Source: Balneolales bacterium
Lineage (GTDB): Bacteria > Bacteroidota > Rhodothermia > Balneolales > Natronogracilivirgulaceae
Length of the DNA: 64,000 nt
Reading direction: 5' to 3'
NCBI GenBank assembly: GCA_040905745.1
Contig: JBBDQY010000017.1
Coordinates: 9,513 to 73,512 of the forward strand
Shown: piece after piece, positions 49,227 through 58,050 of the stretch
Layout: each line of letters opens with the position of its first letter
How positions within the stretch are numbered: position 1 is the first letter of the stretch
Made by a program: the position numbers and the translations under genes
The notes under the pieces: generated by a model
Seen by the model: the letters and a program-made list of their open reading frames with translations, nothing else
Databases searched by the model: none
What the model was told of the DNA's origin: nothing

Positions 49227-50470
49227 TAAATGAATCCGCTGTAGGTCTTAATGGCCTTGACATAAAAAACTTGCGAAAAGATTTTCCTGTGCTTAACAGG
49301 GAAGTCCATGCCAAGCCTTTGGTCTATCTGGACAATGCTGCATCCAGTCAGATGCCACGTCAGGTCATTGAATCCTATACAGATTATTTTAGTAACTATC
49401 ACTCAAATGTTCACCGCGGTGTACATACCTTGAGCCAGGAAGCTACCGATTTATTTGAGAATTCACGGCTGAGCATGCAGAAGTTCCTCAATGCCGGCGA
49501 TTCAAAAGAAATTATTTTCACCTCCGGCACTACGGATGGCATGAACCTTGTAGCCCAGTCCTTCGGTCGTACCAATGTGAAAGAAGGAGATGAAGTTCTG
49601 ATCTCAGCCATGGAACATCATTCCAATATTGTGCCCTGGCGTATGCTTTGCGATGAGAAGAAAGCTATCCTTAAAGTCATCCCTATGAATGATAAAGGAG
49701 AACTTGATTTGGAGGCTTATTCAAACCTGCTTACCAGCAAAACGAAAATAGTTGGAATCATGCATGTTTCCAATGCCCTCGGTACGATAAACCCGATCAA
49801 GCAAATGATTACTGAGGCTCATGCTAAGGGTATTCCCGTTTTGGTAGATGGAGCTCAGGCTGTGCCGCATATCACCGTAGATGTGCAGGACCTGGATTGC
49901 GATTTTTATGCTCTTTCAGGCCATAAAATGTTTGGTCCGACCGGCGTAGGTGTACTTTATGGAAAAAAAGAATTACTGGAAGAGATGCCTCCATACCGTG
50001 GCGGAGGAGACATGATCCTGAATGTGACCTTTGATGAGATTATCTATAACAATATTCCTTATAAGTTCGAAGCCGGAACACCAGGTATAGCTCAGGTCAT
50101 TGGAATAGGAAGAGCAGCAGAATACCTGATGGACAAGGGCCGTGAAGAACTCTATGCTTATGAAAATGATCTGCTGGAATATGCTACCGATAAACTAAGC
50201 CAGATTAAAGGTTTACGGATCATCGGAACAGCTAAAAACAAAGCATCGGTTATATCATTTGTTCTTGAAGGTATTCATCCGCATGATATCGGAACTTTGC
50301 TCGATCAGGAAGGTATTGCCGTAAGGACCGGTCACCATTGTGCTCAACCGGTGATGGAAAGGTTTAAGATACCGGCGACAACCAGAGCATCATTTGCTTT
50401 TTATAACACAAAGGAAGAGGTTGATATACTGGTCAATGGCATCAAAAGTGTTATCGAAATTTTTAATTAA
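49223..50470 (+). CDS. sufS: Cysteine desulfurase SufS (group II)
   Basis: 415 aa. ATGA overlap with sufD. PLP-Lys context FYALSGHKMFGPTGVGVLYG and active-site Cys in RTGHHCAQP. Confidence 0.93.
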   Translation: MINESAVGLNGLDIKNLRKDFPVLNREVHAKPLVYLDNAASSQMPRQVIESYTDYFSNYHSNVHRGVHTLSQEATDLFENSRLSMQKFLNAGDSKEIIFTSGTTDGMNLVAQSFGRTNVKEGDEVLISAMEHHSNIVPWRMLCDEKKAILKVIPMNDKGELDLEAYSNLLTSKTKIVGIMHVSNALGTINPIKQMITEAHAKGIPVLVDGAQAVPHITVDVQDLDCDFYALSGHKMFGPTGVGVLYGKKELLEEMPPYRGGGDMILNVTFDEIIYNNIPYKFEAGTPGIAQVIGIGRAAEYLMDKGREELYAYENDLLEYATDKLSQIKGLRIIGTAKNKASVISFVLEGIHPHDIGTLLDQEGIAVRTGHHCAQPVMERFKIPATTRASFAFYNTKEEVDILVNGIKSVIEIFN

Positions 50471-50477
50471 TAATTAA

Positions 50478-50963
50478 ATGTGCCCTGAGCACAAATTTAA
50501 ATTGATTCAAAGCCGAACCAAACAACTTTACCAGGAACTCCTGCTCGATCATAATAAAAATCCAAGAAACTTCAGGGTGATTGATCCAGCAGATCATGAA
50601 GCCGTGGGCCATAATCCGCTGTGTGGAGATAAGCTTGTCGTCTATTTGAACACGGATAACGAAGGAACTATTACTGATCTTAGTTTTATCGGTGAAGGTT
50701 GTGCTATTTCAAAAGCCTCTGCCTCGATGATGACTAAGTTTGTTAAAGGCAAAAAAGTGGCAGAAATCGAAAAATTATTTAATGAGTTTCACGATATGAG
50801 CACAGGCAAGCTCGATCCGGAGAAAGATGAACATAGCCTCGGACACTTGTCCGTGTTTTCAGGCGTACGTGATCTGCCTGCCCGGGTTAAATGTGCAACC
50901 TTAGCCTGGCACACACTAAGTGCCGCTGTTAAGGGGAAAGAGAAGATCACTACGGAATTATAA
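50478..50963 (+). CDS. sufU: SufU-type (IscU/NifU N-terminal-like) sulfur acceptor/scaffold
   Basis: 161 aa. LYQELLLDHNKNPRNF, NPLCGDKL, GEGCAISKASASMM, VKCATLAWHTL supply the three Cys plus Asp ligands typical of SufU. Confidence 0.8.
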   Translation: MCPEHKFKLIQSRTKQLYQELLLDHNKNPRNFRVIDPADHEAVGHNPLCGDKLVVYLNTDNEGTITDLSFIGEGCAISKASASMMTKFVKGKKVAEIEKLFNEFHDMSTGKLDPEKDEHSLGHLSVFSGVRDLPARVKCATLAWHTLSAAVKGKEKITTEL

Positions 50964-51061
50964 AACCTTAATTAACGTTATGTTATTAATACTAAGGCCT
51001 GAAATTACAATAAGTTCAAAGTTAAGCCTTAGGGTCCTGAACAACCAAAAACAACAAGATC

Positions 51062-51616
51062 ATGCCAAAAATAGCTGAAATAGAAAGAACACCTAACCCG
51101 GATGCCATGCGTTTTGTGCTCCGTGATCCTATATCTCAAGGCGTTACCAGATCCTATGAAAATGCCGAAGAAGCTCAATACGATCCCTTCGCGACGGAAC
51201 TATTTGCTATTCCACATGTTATTTCAGTGTATTACGTAGACCGATACGTCACCGTTACCCAGGATGGGGAGATTGACTGGAATACGTTGCTTAGACAACT
51301 GGCGCCACCTATACGGGAAGCTGAAGCCATTGACCACCTTGCATCTGACGACCCACAGGTACACGCCAGCGAAGAGGCTATGAATTCTGAGGACCCCCGC
51401 CTTATTGAAATTAACAAAATGCTTGACGATCAGGTCCGGCCTTATCTGCTTGCTGATGGCGGTGGTTTAAAAGTACTGGGACTCGATGGTGATACCCTTC
51501 GGGTACATTATCAGGGGGCTTGTGGTACTTGCCCGACAGCTACTTCCGGGACCTTGTATGCCATTGAAAGCATGGCCAAAAGAATCGATCCTAATATTAC
51601 CATAGAATCTGTATAA
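51062..51616 (+). CDS. Nfu/NifU-family Fe-S carrier (Nfu_N + NifU C-terminal domain)
   Basis: 184 aa. TPNPDAMRFVL at the N-terminus. The C-terminal part has VRPYLLADGGGLKVL...YQGACGTCP (CxxC). Confidence 0.85.
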   Translation: MPKIAEIERTPNPDAMRFVLRDPISQGVTRSYENAEEAQYDPFATELFAIPHVISVYYVDRYVTVTQDGEIDWNTLLRQLAPPIREAEAIDHLASDDPQVHASEEAMNSEDPRLIEINKMLDDQVRPYLLADGGGLKVLGLDGDTLRVHYQGACGTCPTATSGTLYAIESMAKRIDPNITIESV

Positions 51617-51631
51617 AACTGGATTACCAAT

Positions 51632-51970
51632 ATGGCTATTAAACTTAGTCAAAATGCAATTGACAGAATCAAAGAAATTCGTATTAAAGATCAATTAGAT
51701 GATTCCGTCCCGTTGAGGGTAGGCGTTGTCGGAGGAGGATGTTCTGGTTTGTCATACAAGCTAGAATTTGACAAAGCAACGGATACACCCGATAAAAAAG
51801 ACAAATATATTGAATCCGAGGGCATCACTATAGTGATTGACATGCGTAGTTTTCTCTACCTGGCGGGAACAGAACTTGATTATTCCAGTGGATTAAACGG
51901 CAAAGGGTTTCATTTCATTAATCCTAATGCTACCCGAACATGCTCCTGCGGTGAATCTTTTGCTATGTAA
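51632..51970 (+). CDS. A-type Fe-S carrier (IscA/SufA/ErpA, HesB family)
   Basis: 112 aa. LRVGVVGGGCSGLSYKLEFD and C-terminal CSCGESF. Confidence 0.88.
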   Translation: MAIKLSQNAIDRIKEIRIKDQLDDSVPLRVGVVGGGCSGLSYKLEFDKATDTPDKKDKYIESEGITIVIDMRSFLYLAGTELDYSSGLNGKGFHFINPNATRTCSCGESFAM

Positions 51971-52066
51971 TAATCAGCGTTCCTGCACCATTACAGGGTA
52001 GGTCATCTTTCGATAGCAGTACGCTTAAGTAGCCGTAATATAGATTTATCTTAATTTAATCAGAAC

Positions 52067-52582
52067 ATGCTCAATAAAGTCAAAAAATCCAAGCTAATCA
52101 CTCTCGATCTTCAGAATTTCTATGATGATACAGATATTGTTGAATTTGATTTAAAAGACTATTTGTACATGGAGTTTGTACTCAAGGAAAAGGATTTTCG
52201 CTCAGCCCTTGAGGAGCATGACTGGACCCAATATGATGGAAAATATCTAGCCGTTTTTTGTTCTACGGATGCAATCATTGCTTCCTGGGCTTACATGCTC
52301 GTTGCTACCCATGCCCGCCAACATGCGAATGATGTGTTATTTGGAAGCAGAGAAGATGTTCTGCATGAACTCTACCGTCGCAATATGGACGCGGTAGATT
52401 GGTCAGAATATGAAAATGAGAGAGTACTGCTAAAAGGATGCAGCAATAAAGAACTGCCTCCGAGTGTATACCTGCTTGCCACCCAAAAATTGCTGCCATA
52501 TACTGACCGCCTCATGTACGGTGAAGCCTGTTCCTTTGTGCCTGTATATAGGAAACAGAAAGTAGTTAGTAAGGACCAGTAA
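52067..52582 (+). CDS. DUF2480-family protein (commonly trails suf genes in Bacteroidota, from memory)
   Basis: 171 aa. The sequence style (ITLDL..FY......EFDLKD.L......LKEKDFR..L...DW..Y.GK.VA..CS.DAI...WAYML) fits my recollection of DUF2480. Not verified by search. Confidence 0.6.
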   Translation: MLNKVKKSKLITLDLQNFYDDTDIVEFDLKDYLYMEFVLKEKDFRSALEEHDWTQYDGKYLAVFCSTDAIIASWAYMLVATHARQHANDVLFGSREDVLHELYRRNMDAVDWSEYENERVLLKGCSNKELPPSVYLLATQKLLPYTDRLMYGEACSFVPVYRKQKVVSKDQ

Positions 52583-52718
52583 TCCAATTTCTGATTCAAT
52601 CCTGTTATTCAAACGTATCATAGTAAGATTACAGTTAATACCTGGTGGTCGTTAATTACATAAGACTTTGGTAAATTATAGTCTACCGTGTTCAATTGTA
52701 TTTCACCGAAGATATTAC

Positions 52719-53129
52719 ATGATTAACAAAGACAATAAAATCATTCGACTAAAACAAAGGGTTTCAAATTTTGAACGGGTGGCAGGGTTGTTGGTTGATG
52801 CACTTGAAATTCAATCTCCATCCGTAATTGAACGTGCCGGAATTATACAATTCTACGAGATGGCCTTTGAGCTTGCCTGGAAATGCCTTAAGGATTATCT
52901 TGAAGTAAAAGGAATGGATCCTAAATATCCAAGGGATACTATAAAACTTGCAGTTCAACATGAAATCATTGATCATGGAGAAACATGGCTTAAAGCCATG
53001 ACGGACCGAAATCTAACAGTTCATACTTATGATGAAGAGTCTGCTTATTTAATTGATAAAGCAATACGTGAAGAATATTATCCATTATTAGAACACGTAC
53101 GTTTATTTTTTAATCAATTAGAGTTTTAA
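52719..53129 (+). CDS. HEPN-domain protein of the HI0074 / nucleotidyltransferase-substrate-binding family (HepT-like toxin candidate)
   Basis: About 136 aa from ATG 52719. GIIQFYEMAFELAWKCLKDYLEVKG...PRDTIKLAV...WLKAMTDRNLTVHTYDEE contains the Rx4H HEPN motif (RNLTVH). Confidence 0.8.
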   Translation: MINKDNKIIRLKQRVSNFERVAGLLVDALEIQSPSVIERAGIIQFYEMAFELAWKCLKDYLEVKGMDPKYPRDTIKLAVQHEIIDHGETWLKAMTDRNLTVHTYDEESAYLIDKAIREEYYPLLEHVRLFFNQLEF

Positions 53130-53130
53130 A

Positions 53131-53466
53131 GTGGAGACATTAATGGAATCTGATCGCATCGTTGGAATTGACTTGGAACAGCTTCATCTGGATTCAATTT
53201 GTAAAGTAGCTTTAATATTTTCTGAAATAGAAAAAGTAATCCTTTTTGGTTCTCGGGCCCTTGAAACTAATCGCAAAGGCTCAGATATTGATCTCGCCCT
53301 GACCGGTTCCAAAGTTACCCATTCTACCGTACTTCGGTTTCATGATATTCTCAATCAGGAAACCCTGATCCCATACCAAATCGATGTTGTTGATTTTAAC
53401 ACCATTTGGAATAGACAGCTTTTAGATCATATAGAAAAACATGGGGTGATTATTTATCAGAAATGA
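53131..53466 (+). CDS. Minimal nucleotidyltransferase (MNT, HI0073/MntA-like antitoxin candidate)
   Basis: 111 aa (GTG 53131; ATG 53143 is the alternative). VILFGSRALETNRKGSDIDLAL is the GS...DxD pol-beta NTase motif. It starts 2 nt after the HEPN stop. Confidence 0.8.
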   Translation: METLMESDRIVGIDLEQLHLDSICKVALIFSEIEKVILFGSRALETNRKGSDIDLALTGSKVTHSTVLRFHDILNQETLIPYQIDVVDFNTIWNRQLLDHIEKHGVIIYQK

Positions 53467-53896
53467 TGAATTAGAAGTAAACTATGTTATACCTAAATTA
53501 ATTAGGATAATCACCCATTTCCCCTTTTAGAGGTCTGTTTACATTTCTCTGGAATGTATTTATAATACCAATTGAATTATCGAATAGAGTACTGTTCTCT
53601 ACTGGACTCAAGTCTGTACCTTGTCCAAGGCATGTCTTACAATACTATTGAAATACTGTTACGGGAGTAAGACTTGCCTAAACCAATTTATGGATGAGTT
53701 ATCGTATTAATGTGTAATAATGATAAATTATAAAATTAGGTTAAAGAGTCCTTTTGCCTAAATAATTTCTTTTAAATATATATACCTTCGATTCATCTAA
53801 CTTTGCTTGTAATCTTTCAATACTGTACTTATAATCGTACGTTATAATAATTAATCAGCTATTTTTGATGACTATTATTACAACTACCTACAAGAA

Positions 53897-54916
53897 ATGT
53901 CTATTTCACAAAGAAAGAAAGATCATGTTGACCTGACAGTATCAGGTCAGGGGCGGTATTCAAAGACTACGGGTTTTGAACGTTTTGATTTTGTTCACAA
54001 TGCCTTGCCAGAGGTAGATTATGATGATATCTCCTGTGAGGCAAAACTACTGAACCATCATTTTAGCATGCCCTTATTTATCTCATCTATGACAGGAGGA
54101 TATACAGAGGGCGGATCGGTTAATGCCGTAATTGCTTCATTCTGTGAACATTACAATCTACCATTTGGAGTAGGCAGCCAGCGGGTGATGCTGGAGGATA
54201 AAAAAGCCCGTGATTCTTTCAAAATAGTAAGGGAAGAAGCTCCTACAGCTTTTATAGCCTCGAATATTGGAGGGGCTCAAATCATCGATGGTATGATGAA
54301 AGAACATTTAGACACCATAATTGATATTATCCGGGCTGATGCTCTGATCATACATCTGAATCCGTTGCAGGAACTTATGCAGCCAGAAGGAGATTTAAAT
54401 TTCAAAGGGATCAGAGAAGGTATTCGTCATATTGTAAACATGGTCGAGTTTCCGGTTATAGTTAAGGAAACGGGGGCCGGTCTATCAAAGACGGTTGTGG
54501 AAGATCTTATTGATTGTGGTGTTGCAGCAGTTGACATTTCAGGTTCAGGAGGAACTAGTTGGGCGAAAGTGGAGAATATGCGGAAGAAACCGGGGGAAGA
54601 GTATAATGAGTTTAATGAATGGGGACTTCCTACTGCTGATTGCCTGTTTAACCTGAAGAATATTGAAAATATTGAAATAGAGGTGATTGCCTCAGGTGGT
54701 ATCAGAAGCAGTTTTGACATTGCAAAAGCCATGTGTCTTGGAGCCGGATTCACGGCAACGGCACAGCCTGTAATCCAGGCAGTAGTTAAGGGTGGTTTTG
54801 AAGAGCTTGAAGTGCTTTACAACCGTTGGCATAAAGACCTTAAGACGATTCTATGCCTGTTAGGATGCGAACGTCCCCAGGATTTAAGTTTTCGTCATTT
54901 GAGGGAGGTAGGCTAA
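53897..54916 (+). CDS. fni: Type 2 isopentenyl-diphosphate delta-isomerase (FMN-dependent)
   Basis: 339 aa. RKKDHVDL at the N-terminus, SSMTGG, VGSQR, VKETGAG, SGSGGTSWA, ASGGIR. Confidence 0.9.
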   Translation: MSISQRKKDHVDLTVSGQGRYSKTTGFERFDFVHNALPEVDYDDISCEAKLLNHHFSMPLFISSMTGGYTEGGSVNAVIASFCEHYNLPFGVGSQRVMLEDKKARDSFKIVREEAPTAFIASNIGGAQIIDGMMKEHLDTIIDIIRADALIIHLNPLQELMQPEGDLNFKGIREGIRHIVNMVEFPVIVKETGAGLSKTVVEDLIDCGVAAVDISGSGGTSWAKVENMRKKPGEEYNEFNEWGLPTADCLFNLKNIENIEIEVIASGGIRSSFDIAKAMCLGAGFTATAQPVIQAVVKGGFEELEVLYNRWHKDLKTILCLLGCERPQDLSFRHLREVG

Positions 54917-54943
54917 AATTGTGGATGGTTTTAATGAAACTAC

Positions 54944-54969
54944 ATAAATAGACAAAATAAATAGACAAA
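54944..54969. repeat. Perfect tandem duplication 2 x 13 nt (ATAAATAGACAAA)
   Basis: Read directly from the sequence: 54944-54956 equals 54957-54969. Located in the idi-2 / polyprenyl synthase intergenic region. Confidence 0.9.
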
Positions 54970-55134
54970 AACCTGCACACAAAATTCCGTTTAATACATT
55001 ATCTTAACGGATTCCATTTTCAAACTATTACCATTTAAGGCTCCAACGTCATTTTAGAGTTAATTAATCATCATCTGAAGCAGATCGATATCCCCGGGTC
55101 GCCTCGCACGCTATACGATCCTATTCGATTTACT

Positions 55135-56019
55135 TTGCGAAACGGGGGAAAGCGTTTAAGGCCTCAGCTTGTTTTGCTTGGATGTACGATGTGTGGCGGG
55201 GAAAAAGAATCTGCCTTACCTGCAGCCATGGCCGTTGAGCTTCTTCATAACTTTACGTTGATCCATGATGATATCATGGATAGCGCTGAGACCCGGAGAA
55301 ACCAACCTAGTGTTGTTAAGAAATGGGATGCCAATACCGCTATATTGTCGGGTGATGTTTTATTTGCTCATGCTGCTCAACAACTTGAATATTATGGCAC
55401 AGACGATCGATACACTAAAGAGCAATATCTGGAAATTAACAAGTCCTTTTTTGATGCTGTGATCAAAGTTTGTAAAGGTCAGGCGATGGATATGGAATTT
55501 GAATCCAAACCTATGGTTGATTTGGATGAGTATCTTGATATGATCGACGCTAAAACCGCGGCACTTTTTAGTTGCTCATTGAAACTAGGTGCTTTGGCAG
55601 CCCAGGATTCAAAAGAGCAGGTGGAGTTTGCATCAGAACTTGGGTATCATGCCGGCATTGCTTTTCAAATTCAAGATGATCTACTCGATGCCATAGGTGA
55701 AGAAAATATAATTGGTAAAAAAATAGGTGGTGACATTTTGGAAGGCAAAAAGACCTGGTTGACGATATCTGCTTATTCTAAAGGTTCTGATAGCCAAAAA
55801 CAGATATTGACTGCTATCTTACAAAAAGAGGATACTACGCGAGATGACGTAGATAAGATAATAAATTTATACCGCTACCTTGATGTAATTTCTGATGCTG
55901 AAAAGACTATTAACTACCATTATAAGAAGGCTCAATCATGCCTTGATAAATTTGATGATTCAAAATACAAGAATGAAATAAATAATCTCTTACATCAGTT
56001 AATGATAAGAGAATCATAA
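55135..56019 (+). CDS. Polyprenyl (farnesyl/geranylgeranyl) diphosphate synthase; true start probably upstream of the first canonical start codon
   Basis: GGKRLRP, first DDxxD motif LIHDDIMD, second motif FQIQDDLLD. The conserved N-terminal helix (LYDPIRFTL) is encoded in-frame upstream of TTG 55135, in a stretch that has no ATG/GTG/TTG. Confidence 0.85.
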   Translation: MRNGGKRLRPQLVLLGCTMCGGEKESALPAAMAVELLHNFTLIHDDIMDSAETRRNQPSVVKKWDANTAILSGDVLFAHAAQQLEYYGTDDRYTKEQYLEINKSFFDAVIKVCKGQAMDMEFESKPMVDLDEYLDMIDAKTAALFSCSLKLGALAAQDSKEQVEFASELGYHAGIAFQIQDDLLDAIGEENIIGKKIGGDILEGKKTWLTISAYSKGSDSQKQILTAILQKEDTTRDDVDKIINLYRYLDVISDAEKTINYHYKKAQSCLDKFDDSKYKNEINNLLHQLMIRES

Positions 56020-56044
56020 TATTTGATCGATAAAACTATATAAA

Positions 56045-56863
56045 GTGACGAAACAAAAAACGTATTTGATTATTTTTACGGCTTGCCTTTTTATGGTGAG
56101 CTGTTCCTCTAAAAGCACTATTCGTCCTGGTGACACAATTGAAGTAGCTTTTGAAAAATCCATGGCTCAGTTTCAGAATGAAAAGTACAATGATGCCGCC
56201 AGATCTTTTGAAACGGTACTATCGATAGGCCGTGGAACACAAATCGCCCAGGATGCTCAATATTACTTAGCTGAAAGTTATTATAATGATCGCCAGTATT
56301 TGATTGCAGCAACAGAATACAGGCGTTTTGCGACAAATTACCCCAGGGCAGACAGGGTAGCAGAAGTCCAATATAAAGAAGCGTTAAGCCATTACCAGAT
56401 GAGTCCACGCTATAATCTTGATCAAACAGATACGTATCAGGCTATCGAGTTGTTTCAGCTCTTTTTGCGTCGGTATCCCAATTCTGAATTTGCAGACTCT
56501 GCCAGAGACTATGTTGATGAATTACGAAATAAATTGGCTTTAAAAGATTATCGTGCAGCGGAACTTTATCTACGCATAAAACGCTATGAGGCGGCAGCTA
56601 TTTATTTCGGAATGATCATTGAACAATATCCTGATAGCAGATGGGCAGAACCAGCCTTATCCAGGCAAATCGAATCCTATGTTGCCTATGCTGATAATAG
56701 TATTCGAGAGAGGCAGGAAGAGCGGTATCAAAAAGCTGTTGACAGCTACCATAAGTACCTTCAGATCTATCCGAGGGGGGAAAACCGGAGTAAGGCTGAA
56801 GAGTATTATTCTCAGGCATTGAAGGGGCTGGAGCCATTTGTGCAAGCCTCGGCAGGCTCGTGA
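56045..56863 (+). CDS. bamD: Outer membrane protein assembly factor BamD (TPR lipoprotein)
   Basis: 272 aa, GTG start. Lipobox LFMVSCSS. TPR-like repeats with AQYYLAESYY, YPNSEFADSA, YPDSRWAEPA, typical of BamD/YfiO. Confidence 0.85.
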   Translation: MTKQKTYLIIFTACLFMVSCSSKSTIRPGDTIEVAFEKSMAQFQNEKYNDAARSFETVLSIGRGTQIAQDAQYYLAESYYNDRQYLIAATEYRRFATNYPRADRVAEVQYKEALSHYQMSPRYNLDQTDTYQAIELFQLFLRRYPNSEFADSARDYVDELRNKLALKDYRAAELYLRIKRYEAAAIYFGMIIEQYPDSRWAEPALSRQIESYVAYADNSIRERQEERYQKAVDSYHKYLQIYPRGENRSKAEEYYSQALKGLEPFVQASAGS

Positions 56864-57447
56864 GCGAAAGGGTAGGGCTTTTTGGAGGAAGCTTTGACCC
56901 TGTTCATATAGGACATCAACATATTGTACAATCCTTCCTGGAAAGTGATCTGATCGATACTTTGTGGATATTGCCGACCCTAAATCCTCCACATAAAAAT
57001 CAGCAGGAACTGACGGAATATAGCATCCGCTGTGAAATGGTTAAGGCTGCATTTCAAAACTGGCCGAGGGTTAAAGTATCGCTTGTGGAAGAACATTTGC
57101 AGGTTCCCAACTATACTCTTAAAACCGTTCAATATCTGCAGGATGAATACCCTCAAAAAAAGTTCCTGCTTTGCATAGGCAGTGATTCCCTCGTACAGAT
57201 TGCTACCTGGTATCGATATAAAGAATTACTAGATCATTGCGATTTACTTGTTGCGAGAAGACCGGAATATGATGCTTCAGAAGTTCCTCCTGAAGCTCGT
57301 GTACGCCTTGTAGAGCATCAACCGGTATCGTTTTCTTCAACAGAGATCCGGCAAAGAATTTCCTGCGGTGAATCTGTGTCAGGGTTAGTTCCCCCTGAGG
57401 TTTTGGAGGTCATTGAAAAATATGGTTTGTATAATAAGGATCATTAA
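56860..57447 (+). CDS. nadD: Nicotinate-nucleotide adenylyltransferase NadD
   Basis: 195 aa. The GTG start overlaps the bamD stop (GTGA). GLFGGSFDPVHIGH and C-terminal SSTEIRQ. Confidence 0.9.
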   Translation: MSERVGLFGGSFDPVHIGHQHIVQSFLESDLIDTLWILPTLNPPHKNQQELTEYSIRCEMVKAAFQNWPRVKVSLVEEHLQVPNYTLKTVQYLQDEYPQKKFLLCIGSDSLVQIATWYRYKELLDHCDLLVARRPEYDASEVPPEARVRLVEHQPVSFSSTEIRQRISCGESVSGLVPPEVLEVIEKYGLYNKDH

Positions 57448-57476
57448 GTTTTAGGCTTTGGTCTATTTCCATTGTT

Positions 57477-57950
57477 TCATGGTTTTCTTTTGTTGAGAAA
57501 AAATGATTTAAGCAGGATCTCACTGTCTTGTTCGAGGATACCTTGTATTATTTCAATCCTATGATTCAGTTTTTTATTCCGGGCAATATTAAATACGCTG
57601 CCACATGCCCCCGCACCGGCATCCATGGCACCGAACACAATCCTATCAATTTTAGACCACACCAGAGCCCCTGCGCACATAGGGCATGGCTCCAGTGTAA
57701 CATATAAAGTACAATTTTTTAAATATTTGGAATTCAAATATTCAAAGGCAGCAGATATGGCAATCATTTCGGCATGGGCAGTCGAATCGTTCAGTTGTTC
57801 TACCTGGTTATAACCTTTACCAATGATCAGTCCATCATGGACAACAACGGCCCCAACAGGTACTTCGTCATTATCATAAGCCTGTTCAGCAAGCAACAAC
57901 GCTTTTGCCATAAAGTTTTGGTGATGGGCCACGGTTGAATTATTTTTCAT
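57477..57950 (-). CDS. tadA: tRNA adenosine(34) deaminase TadA
   Basis: 157 aa. HAEMIAI and PCPMCAGA zinc-binding motifs. Confidence 0.92.
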   Translation of the reverse strand: MKNNSTVAHHQNFMAKALLLAEQAYDNDEVPVGAVVVHDGLIIGKGYNQVEQLNDSTAHAEMIAISAAFEYLNSKYLKNCTLYVTLEPCPMCAGALVWSKIDRIVFGAMDAGAGACGSVFNIARNKKLNHRIEIIQGILEQDSEILLKSFFLNKRKP

Positions 57951-58050
57951 ATCAAATGATTCATATCAGGAAGTTTCAAAGCTATGAAAATTTAGCTATT
58001 TTTGGCTGGTTCTTAAATTATCAGGCTTTATGCTTTGAGAAACAAATATT

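Noticed and set aside
52661-53682. Similar 15-mers flanking the HEPN/MNT cassette (TAAGACTTTGGTAAA at 52661-52675 and TAAGACTTGCCTAAA at 53668-53682) as possible insertion-site direct repeats
   Set aside because: Identity is 12 of 15 in AT-rich DNA. A rough estimate gives several such matches by chance between flanks of this size, so it is not evidence for an insertion boundary.
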